From Nitrososphaerales archaeon (GTDB taxonomy: Archaea > Thermoproteota > Nitrososphaeria > Nitrososphaerales > Gagatemarchaeaceae): 13,454 nucleotides of DNA. Position 1 is the first letter of the stretch; every line of letters begins with the position of its first letter. The DNA is taken from the NCBI GenBank assembly GCA_014874415.1, contig JACWAI010000076.1, positions 1 to 13,454 of the forward strand. The letters are read 5' to 3'. This document shows, piece by piece, positions 1-6,955 of the stretch. The position numbers were made by a program, and so were the translations under genes. Below the pieces are notes generated by a model that was given only the letters and a program-made list of their open reading frames with translations, ran no database searches and had not been told where the DNA came from.

Positions 1-37
1 TAGCATTAGGGAGGCCGCCGGTCAACGTCGTGAACCC

Positions 38-1687
38 ATGAAAGTATCCGAGCTCCTGGTCCGCTCTCTGGAATCCTACGGCGTGACAAGGGCGTACGGA
101 CTGGTCGGGACTTCCGTGCTCGATCTCATGGACGCCCTGTCTTCAGGGAAGATCAGGTACGTCTCGACGCGACACGAGCAGGTCGCGGTAAGCATGGCCG
201 ATGCAGAAGGGAGAATGACCGGAAAACCGGGGGTCGCGATCGTCCACGGCGGCCCCGGTTTTCTGAACTCGATAGTCAGCCTGGCCAACGCCTGGAAGGA
301 CGGATCTCCGATGCTCCTGGTCGCCGGCGCGGTGAAGAGGAGGATGGTCGGGATGGACTCTTGGCTGGAAGTTCCCCAGTCGTCCATGGTGACGAGCATC
401 GTCAAGAAGGCCTGGCGGGTCGAGAGAGGGTCAGAAGCGGGAAAGACTTTTGCCGAAGCATACTCCCTTGCCGCGTCTTCGCCTTTCGGTCCTACTTTCG
501 TCGAGGTTCCCGAGGATGTCTGGAGCCAGGAGGCAGGAAAGGAAGTTGTCAGGGCATCGACAAAACCCGCGAAGCTGGCTACGGAAGAAGAGGTGAAGAG
601 GGTCGCGGACGCATTGATCGGGGCGAAGAGGCCCCTGATCGTGGTGGGAGGGGGGATCAATTCCCCTGCAGGAACGAAGGCCATGGAGGCGCTCCTCTCC
701 AAGGTCGAGGTGCCCGTTACGTCGACAGGGAACGGCAGGGGCGCTGTGCCGGAGGACAGACCGCTCGCGCTTGGCAGGATAGGATTCGGTGGCGGGAACA
801 GGGTCGCGGACAGTGCGCTGGCCCGAGCCGACCTTGTACTATGCATCGGATGCGGGTTGTCAGACGTATCGACCTACGGGTTCAATCTGACCCCCCGCGG
901 AGAGGTTATGGTAGCTGACCTGGATCCGCTCTGGAATAGAAAGCCAGTGCCGTACTCCGCGCACTTGGAGTGCGACGCCGCAGACTTCGCCCTGAGGGCA
1001 AGCCGTTACGTCGGCCCCAATGCAATGCATGAGGATTGGCGAGCGGTCATCGAGGTGGAAGCGAAAGGATGGCAAGCGCTGCTCAAGGAAGCGGAATCAC
1101 GGCGCAGGTCCAGCTTCGCAAACCCAGCTGCTTTCTTGCTGGCCCTAGACCGGGTGCTCCCCAGGGACGCCGTTCTTGCAGTGGGGCAAGGGCTCCACGT
1201 CTTGTACGCCTACGCTTTCATGAAAGTCAGGTCAAGCCGGTGCTTCCTCGCGGCCACGAACATGGGTTCGATGGGTTTCGTCTTCCCGGCAGCGCTTGGG
1301 GCCAAGATGGTGCTTCCGGAAAGAGAAGTGGTAGCGGTCATGGGGGACGGGGAGTTCATGATGACCATGCAGGACCTGGAGACGGCAGTCAGGGAGAAGA
1401 TAGGAGCCAAGATTGTCATTGTGAACGACAATTCATACAGGGTGCTCCTGATGCGGCAGAAGATACAGAAGATGGGAAGGGTATTCGGGACGACACACTC
1501 GAACCCGGACATCGCCAAGCTGGCGGAGGCATTCGGGACAGAAGGCATGGTCGTGGATTCGGATTCGAAGATGGGTGACGCGGTGGAGTTCCTGAAAAGG
1601 AAATCGGATAAACCCTTGCTCGTCGACCTCAGGGTGGACCCCGAGGACCTCCCGCCTCTGAACATCCAAGGCTCGCTGATGTTCTAG
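38..1687 (+). CDS. Thiamine-diphosphate-dependent enzyme, acetolactate synthase large subunit-like (three-domain TPP enzyme; exact substrate unknown)
   Basis: 549-aa ORF with an ATG start. The N-terminal pyrimidine-binding domain pattern is present (RHEQVAVSMADAEGRMTGKPGVAIVHGGPGFLNS). The C-terminal TPP-binding motif is GDGEF-x22-NDN (VMGDGEFMMTMQDLETAVREKIGAKIVIVNDNSY). Length and domain order are typical of the IlvB/Xsc/oxalyl-CoA decarboxylase superfamily. Confidence 0.85.
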   Translation: MKVSELLVRSLESYGVTRAYGLVGTSVLDLMDALSSGKIRYVSTRHEQVAVSMADAEGRMTGKPGVAIVHGGPGFLNSIVSLANAWKDGSPMLLVAGAVKRRMVGMDSWLEVPQSSMVTSIVKKAWRVERGSEAGKTFAEAYSLAASSPFGPTFVEVPEDVWSQEAGKEVVRASTKPAKLATEEEVKRVADALIGAKRPLIVVGGGINSPAGTKAMEALLSKVEVPVTSTGNGRGAVPEDRPLALGRIGFGGGNRVADSALARADLVLCIGCGLSDVSTYGFNLTPRGEVMVADLDPLWNRKPVPYSAHLECDAADFALRASRYVGPNAMHEDWRAVIEVEAKGWQALLKEAESRRRSSFANPAAFLLALDRVLPRDAVLAVGQGLHVLYAYAFMKVRSSRCFLAATNMGSMGFVFPAALGAKMVLPEREVVAVMGDGEFMMTMQDLETAVREKIGAKIVIVNDNSYRVLLMRQKIQKMGRVFGTTHSNPDIAKLAEAFGTEGMVVDSDSKMGDAVEFLKRKSDKPLLVDLRVDPEDLPPLNIQGSLMF

Positions 1688-1724
1688 AATCTGGTTGCGA
1701 GACGGCCTGCGCCCTCTTGAGAAC

Positions 1725-1731
1725 TTTTTAT
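1725..1731 (+). promoter_or_regulatory. TTTTTAT tract: either an oligo-T termination signal for the TPP-enzyme gene or a TATA box for the MBL gene
   Basis: It is the only AT-rich tract in the 187-nt gap. It lies 38 nt after the stop at 1687 and 111-144 nt upstream of the candidate MBL starts. Confidence 0.25.
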
Positions 1732-1874
1732 CGCCCTGCCGAGGGTCAAGGCCGAGGATATGTCGAAGTTCGGAGCAGCGCCACCGGCCCTGCTTGCTTT
1801 CGATTTCGGGGACCCGAGAGGGTCCGCATAGGAGTTCTCGTTTGTACGTCACCAAGGTCTCAGACCGGGTTTAC

Positions 1875-2744
1875 ATGCTGGACACCTACGCGCTCGGCGA
1901 GCCCAGGACAGTAGGAGCCTACCTGGTGAAGGGGCCGAAACCGACCCTGGTGGACTGCGGCTATGCCACCTCCTTTGAAAGCGTCCTCAAGGGACTGGCG
2001 GAAGCTGGCGTGATGCCATCCGACGTCAGGTACCTTATCCCGACGCACGTGCACCTAGACCACGCAGGGGCGGCGGGGCGCCTCCTCAGGGAAATGCCGA
2101 ACGCCGAGGTGATAGCCCACGAACGGGGCGTTCCTCACCTCATCGACCCCACGAGGCTGATAGAAAGCTCGACAAAGGTCTTCGGGGAGGCAATAATGGG
2201 TCTCTACGGCGCCCCCGAGCCGATCCCATCCGAAAGGATCACTCCAGTGGGAGAGGAGTCTCACCTTGACCTGGGGGACGGGCTTGGCATCACAATGATG
2301 CACACACCAGGACATGCACCCCATCAGATCTCAGTGTTGTTGGATGAGACGAAGGCGATGCTGACTGCAGACGCTGTTGGGATCGTCTACCCCGGGATGA
2401 AGGCCCTCATACCGACCACGCCTCCGCCAAGCTTCAACCCGGCCGAACTCGTGGCAACCATCAAATCAATCAGGCAGGCGAAGCCCACCGAACTCCTCGT
2501 CCCCCATTTTGGCGCGAGGGATGACGTGGACTGGGTCTTCGACCGGACGACCGAGTTGGTGCAGCGGTGGGTGGAACAGGTCAAGGCGCTCTGGAAGAGA
2601 AAGATGTCCCTGGATGACGCGACGGCTGAGATGGAGAAGGAAGTCTCGAAGGACGCCGGTACACACGAGCTCCCCATCTACGCCCAGATCTCTGTAAGAA
2701 CGTCCGTGATGGGCATAATGCACTACCTCGACAAGAACTTTTGA
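1875..2744 (+). CDS. MBL-fold metallo-hydrolase (beta-lactamase-like)
   Basis: HxHxDH zinc motif (THVHLDHAG), a downstream HTPGHAPH histidine motif, and the N-terminal pattern V-Y-M-L-D...AYLV typical of MBL proteins. The tracked ORF opens at 1695, but its first 60 codons are Arg/Ser/Pro/Cys-rich and unlike MBL N-termini. ATG 1875 is the likely start, with in-frame TTG 1842 as the alternative. Confidence 0.82.
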   Translation: MLDTYALGEPRTVGAYLVKGPKPTLVDCGYATSFESVLKGLAEAGVMPSDVRYLIPTHVHLDHAGAAGRLLREMPNAEVIAHERGVPHLIDPTRLIESSTKVFGEAIMGLYGAPEPIPSERITPVGEESHLDLGDGLGITMMHTPGHAPHQISVLLDETKAMLTADAVGIVYPGMKALIPTTPPPSFNPAELVATIKSIRQAKPTELLVPHFGARDDVDWVFDRTTELVQRWVEQVKALWKRKMSLDDATAEMEKEVSKDAGTHELPIYAQISVRTSVMGIMHYLDKNF

Positions 2745-2770
2745 ATCAGCACTCCCGCCCTCCCTGACCT

Positions 2771-3601
2771 GTGCCTCTGGTCTATGCATGCATAGCCCCT
2801 CACGGCGGGGAGATAGTACCGGAACTGGCGGGGAACAAGCTGCAACTCTTCTCTCCGACAAGGAAGGGGATGAGGGTGCTCGCCTCGGAGATGAAGGCCG
2901 CGAAGCCGGACACCATCGTGCTCGCGAGCCCCCATAACCTCAGGCTTCACAAGCACATCGGGGTGGTGACGGCCGAGTTCACGTCCGGGAGGGTCGTCGA
3001 AGGGAGGAGGGAGATCAGGATGAAAGCGAAGTGCGACGTCGACTTTTCTAAGAAACTGGCCGAAAAGGCGGAGGCGAAAGGGCTCCCAATCGTGGCGGCG
3101 AACTACGGCGTCTTCGAGGGTCCGCTTTCCGACATGGCCATGGATTGGGGGACCATGATACCGCTCTGGTTCCTCCTGAAGGGCGCCCGCCGGAAGAGCC
3201 GGGTGGCGATAGTGACTCCCTCCAGAGAAATCCCCCTGGGGCAGAACATCGAGTTCGGAAGGATAATCGCAGAAGTTGCCAATTCTGAGAAGAAGCGAAT
3301 CGCCTTCGTCGCGAGCTCGGATCAGGCGCACAGGCACAAGAAGAGCGGCCCTTACGGGTTCGACAAGAGAGCAGCGGAGTACGACCGAATTGTGGTGGAT
3401 GCGATCAAGAGGGACAGGCTCAAAGAGATTATGAAACTGGACCCCGACTTCGTCGAGGGCGCCCGGCCGGACAGCCTCTGGCAGATGGCCATGCTAGTGG
3501 GGGCCATTTCAGTCACTCCTATGAGGGGCGAGCTGGTGTCCTACCAGGTGCCTACCTACTACGGGATGCTTTGCGCCAGCTACCGCCCGGTGTCGAAGTA
3601 G
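2771..3601 (+). CDS. LigB-type (class III extradiol dioxygenase fold) family protein, function unknown
   Basis: 276-aa ORF with a GTG start. The N-terminus MPLVYACIAPHGGEIVPE matches the LigB-fold beta1-PH motif. Further His/Asp positions are present (ASPHN, DWGTMIPLW, SSDQAHRH). No partner subunit is visible. Confidence 0.65.
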   Translation: MPLVYACIAPHGGEIVPELAGNKLQLFSPTRKGMRVLASEMKAAKPDTIVLASPHNLRLHKHIGVVTAEFTSGRVVEGRREIRMKAKCDVDFSKKLAEKAEAKGLPIVAANYGVFEGPLSDMAMDWGTMIPLWFLLKGARRKSRVAIVTPSREIPLGQNIEFGRIIAEVANSEKKRIAFVASSDQAHRHKKSGPYGFDKRAAEYDRIVVDAIKRDRLKEIMKLDPDFVEGARPDSLWQMAMLVGAISVTPMRGELVSYQVPTYYGMLCASYRPVSK

Positions 3602-3611
3602 CGGGCCCCAT

Positions 3612-4325
3612 CTATTGGAGGTGCGTGTAGATTTCAGAGAGCGACTTGATCCGAGGGCAATCCGATTCAGGGTGAGAGCCGTCCCTGTCGATGAGTATGC
3701 CCAAGATGCCCGCGTTTCTGGCGCCGACGACGTCCGCCTCGTAGAGGTCCCCGACATGCACCGCTTCGTCCGCGTTGACCCCGGCACCCTTCAGCGCTAT
3801 CCTGAAGATCTCTGGGTGCGGTTTGGTGTAACCTACGACCCCAGAAATCACCACGGGGTCGAGGTACTTCAAGAGCCCGAGGGTCTCGACCGCCCGTCCG
3901 GTGTCGGCAGGGGCGTTAGAGATCAGCCCAAGCGAATAACCATCTCCAGCCAGACGGGCCAGTGTCGGCTCGGCGTCTGGGTAGAGGGCGAGGGGGATTT
4001 CGGATTCGAGCTCGGGCCAACGCTTTCGGACAAGCCTCGAGACCCTCAACGCCTCGGATTCGCTCTGATCGGGGAAGAGCGAAGAGAACACCTTCTGGTC
4101 AAGATGGCGATATGCATCGCTCGTCTGCTCCGGTGTCAGGACCTGCTGCCCATAGTAGGAGAGCCACCACGGCTCCGCGGCGAGATAGGCGGAGTGGATT
4201 CTTTCGAGAGGAACCTCTCGCCCTTCTTCCTGTAGGACCCTGCGGAATATCCTGTCGCGCCTCATGATTAGGAGGGTGCCGCCCAAGTCGAAGAAGACCG
4301 CTTTCTTGTGCAACGAAACAGCCAT
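3612..4325 (-). CDS. HAD-superfamily hydrolase, subfamily IA-like
   Basis: Four HAD motifs are present: motif I FFDLGGTL, motif II LISNAP, motif III GYTKPHPEIF, and motif IV HVGDLYEADVVGARNAG. It has an ATG start and lies 39 nt downstream of the DUF1634 gene on the same strand. Confidence 0.85.
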   Translation of the reverse strand: MAVSLHKKAVFFDLGGTLLIMRRDRIFRRVLQEEGREVPLERIHSAYLAAEPWWLSYYGQQVLTPEQTSDAYRHLDQKVFSSLFPDQSESEALRVSRLVRKRWPELESEIPLALYPDAEPTLARLAGDGYSLGLISNAPADTGRAVETLGLLKYLDPVVISGVVGYTKPHPEIFRIALKGAGVNADEAVHVGDLYEADVVGARNAGILGILIDRDGSHPESDCPRIKSLSEIYTHLQ

Positions 4326-4364
4326 TCAACAGCGGCCTAAATACATTTGAGCGAACCCCGGTTC

Positions 4365-4775
4365 TCACGCGTGAAACCCCGGGATGAATGGGGTGACGAG
4401 CATGCTGAACAGCAAAAGAGTCAGCACCACCCCGGTAATCACAACGTAGAGCCTGTCCCTCTCGGCACCGAACAGGAGCACGGAGATCGTGACACGTGCG
4501 ACCGGGGTGGCGATAAGGAGTATGACCCCAAGCTCAATCCACGAGAACGGAGAATAAGAAACAAGGCCGTTGAAAAGCCCTCCAAGGCTCACGTCGAGGC
4601 CATCGTGGGGGACAGTATTCGGATTGTAATTGAGGAAGCCCGACGTATCGGATGACCCCTGTGAAATCGCAAGCCCGATCGTCCCAAGGATCACAACAGT
4701 TGCTGACAGGATGACTCCGTATCTGAGGACCTTGCCGATAATGACGTTCATCTCTTCAGGGTCTTTCAGGTTCAT
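4365..4775 (-). CDS. DUF1634-family small membrane protein (usual partner of TauE/DUF81 permeases)
   Basis: 136 aa beginning MNLKDPEEMNVIIGKVLRYGVILSATVVILG, with 3-4 hydrophobic segments. Its ATG (4775-4773) overlaps the TauE stop as ATGA. The upstream 113 codons of tracked ORF 4365..5114 are an Arg/Gly-rich shadow of the TauE gene in another frame. Confidence 0.75.
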   Translation of the reverse strand: MNLKDPEEMNVIIGKVLRYGVILSATVVILGTIGLAISQGSSDTSGFLNYNPNTVPHDGLDVSLGGLFNGLVSYSPFSWIELGVILLIATPVARVTISVLLFGAERDRLYVVITGVVLTLLLFSMLVTPFIPGFHA

Positions 4776-5614
4776 ACGGAGACCCCCAGGGAGCTCAGTA
4801 TCATCTCGACTGCAGCGACTGCCAGGACGACAGCGAATGCCTTCCTTATGGTGACATTGCGGGAACGGATGAGGAGGCGAGCCCCGATGGCCGCTCCTAT
4901 CAGTATGCCCAGGGCGACTGGCGCCACTATGAGAGGGTCTACGTCCCCCCTGGCAAAGTAGATCCCGGCGCTGGCGGCGGCCGTAACCCCGATCATGAAG
5001 TTGGAAGTCGTGGTAGAGACCTTCATAGGCAGCTTCATGGCCAGGTCCATCGAAAGGACCTTGAATGCGCCTCCCCCGATGCCGAGCAGCCCTGAGAGGA
5101 TCCCGGCGACCCATGTTCCCGCCAGTCCTTCCACAGGCTTCTCCGAGTTGTACTTCATCAGCGACCCGTCTTTCTCGACGTAGGTCCCGGTCAGGCCTAG
5201 CCGCTTTGAAAGCCCCTTAAGCTCAGGGTTCTTCGGTATCTCCTCGCCTATTTTCATCAGCGTTGGCACAAGGGTGGCGAGAAGGATTAAGCCGAAGATC
5301 AGTTCGAGGGACGCGGAGCCCGTGTATGCCGCCAGAGCAGCACCGATGATGGCGCCAGAAGTGCTGCCGAGCTCGAGGAACATGCCCACGCGGAGGTTCG
5401 TCACCTTATCTTTGACGTAGGTGGAGGCCGCCCCGCTGGACGTGCCGATTATCGCCACGATGCTCGCCCCGATGGCGAAGTGTATGTCGACCCCGAGAAG
5501 TATAGTGAGGACTGGGATGATGACGACCCCGCCTCCCAGGCCAACCAGCGAGCCGAAGACCCCAGCAAATATAGAAATGAGGAGCAAGAGCGTGATGAAC
5601 TCGACTACGAACAA
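4772..5614 (-). CDS. TauE/SafE (DUF81) family anion/sulfite-type exporter permease
   Basis: 280 aa and polytopic. The glycine-rich signature is duplicated (LVGLGGGVVIIP near the N-terminus, LLGIGGGAFKV in the second half). It starts at TTG, with no in-frame ATG upstream of the first TM segment. A TATA-like element lies 24 nt upstream. Confidence 0.85.
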   Translation of the reverse strand: MFVVEFITLLLLISIFAGVFGSLVGLGGGVVIIPVLTILLGVDIHFAIGASIVAIIGTSSGAASTYVKDKVTNLRVGMFLELGSTSGAIIGAALAAYTGSASLELIFGLILLATLVPTLMKIGEEIPKNPELKGLSKRLGLTGTYVEKDGSLMKYNSEKPVEGLAGTWVAGILSGLLGIGGGAFKVLSMDLAMKLPMKVSTTTSNFMIGVTAAASAGIYFARGDVDPLIVAPVALGILIGAAIGARLLIRSRNVTIRKAFAVVLAVAAVEMILSSLGVSV

Positions 5615-5638
5615 TCTGCAGAAGCCGGCCGCTCCTGC

Positions 5639-5645
5639 ATAATTA
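5639..5645 (-). promoter_or_regulatory. TATA-like box upstream of the TauE gene
   Basis: The minus strand reads CTAATTATGCAGG. The box ends 24 nt upstream of TTG 5614, as expected for a leaderless archaeal mRNA. Confidence 0.45.
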
Positions 5646-5679
5646 GATGTTGGCTATCGGACTGAATTTGACCCGACCG

Positions 5680-6870
5680 TCACACGGAGCCAAGGGCTGC
5701 AACTATCCTCTCATGGCTCTGCTGTATTCCTTCCACGCCTGTGTTCAGGATCATGCAGGGAACCTTCCAGTCCTCGAACATCGACCTGAAGAAAGTGGCC
5801 TGACGGGCGTTGTCAGGCTCGAGGAGGTATGGATTGTACCACGGCTCGTAGGATATCGACCCCCACTGTTCCTTTGGTCCCGCTCCGGGCAACACCATGT
5901 ACTCCCCCCTCTGCAGGATGCTGATCGACTGGTCCGGGGTGAGCTTTGCTTCCGCGGGGCTGTGGTCGTCCCTGCGGAGGAGCACCACCAGGTTGATGGG
6001 CACCTCGTCTACGACCTTTTCCGACCCGAGGATGTCGTCTCTCCTGACAAGCGCCCTGGAGTTCCCGAAGGAGTAATAGCACTGGTGCCTCCCTTCGTTG
6101 AATACGCATTTCTTGCCTGTAAGGGAACAGCCAACATCACCCTCGGTGTACTCGCAGTCTTCTTTCCGAGTGGTGACGTTCTCGTTCATTGACCTGTCGA
6201 ACACCTCGCCGAGCCAGCCCTGCTCCTTCTGCGATTCGGACCTCATGTAGAGGGACCTCTCCGGCTGTCTGGCCACCAGCGGAGAGCTCTTTGCCGTGGC
6301 ACCGGATGGGAAACGAACGTATGCCCAGTCATCCCCACATATCTTCCCATCGGGGTCCATGAAAATCTTGAACGACTGCGTGGTCTTGCCCGTGCCCGTG
6401 GGGGCGACGATTACCACCCCTTTGCCCTTGTAAAGAGCGGTGGCGCCGTGAATCGAAAGGGTGTTCGCCTCCTTTTCAAGGACGGCCGCTGCCATGCCAA
6501 GGGCCCAAGACTTGCACTGGCCATAATACTCCGTGTTGAGGAAGAGCGCTTCCCGGAGTTCGGGACAGTAATAGGCCGAGGGCTCGATGCCTTCGACTCC
6601 TATGGCGGAATAGATTCTCGCCTTGGGAGGAGCCAAAGCCTCCGCCTTCCACCAGTTGTGCGACCAGAAACCAGCCTGATGCGCGCTGTTGGTCGAAAGC
6701 TCGACGACGACCCCATTCAGGTCCGCCTTCATCGAGCCGAATCCTGATCCATCCAAGGCGGACTTCGCACGCGCAAGCAGGGGGAGGAACTCTGCCTTGG
6801 GGGTGTTCTTTTTCCCCTTCACGCGCGCCCTGGATTGTGTGACATAGTTGTTGAAGGGAGGAAGCGCCAA
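5680..6870 (-). CDS. Truncated ATP-PEP-carboxykinase-fold / HprK-like P-loop protein, function unknown
   Basis: 396 aa. The Walker A motif APTGTGKTT is verified at nt 6379-6405. Several blocks are colinear with E. coli PckA as I remember it:
- NTEYYGQCKS ~ GTWYGGEMKK
- SIHGATA ~ SMHCSAN
- DPDGKICGDDWAYV ~ DPKRRLIGDDEHGW
- MNENV ~ LLENV
- GNSRA ~ ENTRV
- LVVLLRRDDHSPAEAKLTPDQS ~ [23 protein letters not shown]
- MILNTGV ~ YLVNTGW
It starts at TTG, 27 nt downstream of a TTTTAA box. An in-frame ATG at codon 47 is an alternative start. Confidence 0.7.
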   Translation of the reverse strand: MALPPFNNYVTQSRARVKGKKNTPKAEFLPLLARAKSALDGSGFGSMKADLNGVVVELSTNSAHQAGFWSHNWWKAEALAPPKARIYSAIGVEGIEPSAYYCPELREALFLNTEYYGQCKSWALGMAAAVLEKEANTLSIHGATALYKGKGVVIVAPTGTGKTTQSFKIFMDPDGKICGDDWAYVRFPSGATAKSSPLVARQPERSLYMRSESQKEQGWLGEVFDRSMNENVTTRKEDCEYTEGDVGCSLTGKKCVFNEGRHQCYYSFGNSRALVRRDDILGSEKVVDEVPINLVVLLRRDDHSPAEAKLTPDQSISILQRGEYMVLPGAGPKEQWGSISYEPWYNPYLLEPDNARQATFFRSMFEDWKVPCMILNTGVEGIQQSHERIVAALGSV

Positions 6871-6897
6871 TCGCTGGTTTGGCGCAAGCCCGCACCC

Positions 6898-6903
6898 TTA
6901 AAA
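6898..6903 (-). promoter_or_regulatory. TATA-like box upstream of the PEPCK-fold gene
   Basis: The minus strand reads GGTTTTAAGGGTGCGGGCTT. The box ends 27 nt upstream of TTG 6870, a near-leaderless geometry. Confidence 0.45.
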
Positions 6904-6955
6904 CCGTTGGCGAGTCCGAACAGGGGTTATTCGATTGCCGATGGGGAGATGGCTT

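Noticed and set aside
76-846. Long antisense or alternate-frame ORFs overlapping well-supported genes: 76..846 -, 361..918 +, 1036..1578 +, 2723..3337 -, 3615..4235 +, 5647..6192 +, 7634..8434 +, 9651..10298 - and 10411..11091 +.
   Set aside because: Their translations are Arg/Gly/Pro/Ser-rich and low in complexity, with no recognisable motifs. Each lies fully inside a gene with clear family signatures on the other strand or frame. Open shadow frames of this size are expected at 60-68% GC.
1695-1874. 60-codon N-terminal extension of the MBL ORF.
   Set aside because: The extension is Arg/Ser/Cys/Pro-rich and has no similarity to MBL N-termini. The conserved beta-strand (RVYMLD...AYLV) begins right at ATG 1875.
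1800-1880. TPP riboswitch-like CUGAGA element (minus strand of GGTCTCAGACC) next to a TPP-dependent enzyme gene.
   Set aside because: It occurs only on the minus strand, where no gene lies downstream. The rest of the THI-box consensus (ACCUGAUCUGGAUAAUGCCAGCG-like segment) is absent.
4326-4364. TATTTA element and GAACCGGGGTTC palindrome upstream of the HAD gene, as an independent promoter or operator.
   Set aside because: The AT element ends only about 13 nt from the ATG, too close for an archaeal TATA box serving this start. The palindrome overlaps the DUF1634 stop and is short. Co-transcription with the upstream gene is simpler.
4776-5114. N-terminal 113 codons of tracked ORF 4365..5114, which would make a 249-aa protein.
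   Set aside because: This part overlaps the TauE coding sequence in another frame and is Arg/Gly/His-rich. The DUF1634-like membrane protein starts at the internal ATG 4775, which forms an ATGA overlap with the TauE stop.
6884-6895. 10-mer GTGCGGGCTT shared between the PEPCK-fold promoter region (minus strand, 6884-6895) and 11858-11867 (plus strand).
   Set aside because: Among roughly 27,000 positions on two strands, hundreds of chance 10-mer repeats are expected. The flanks do not extend the match.
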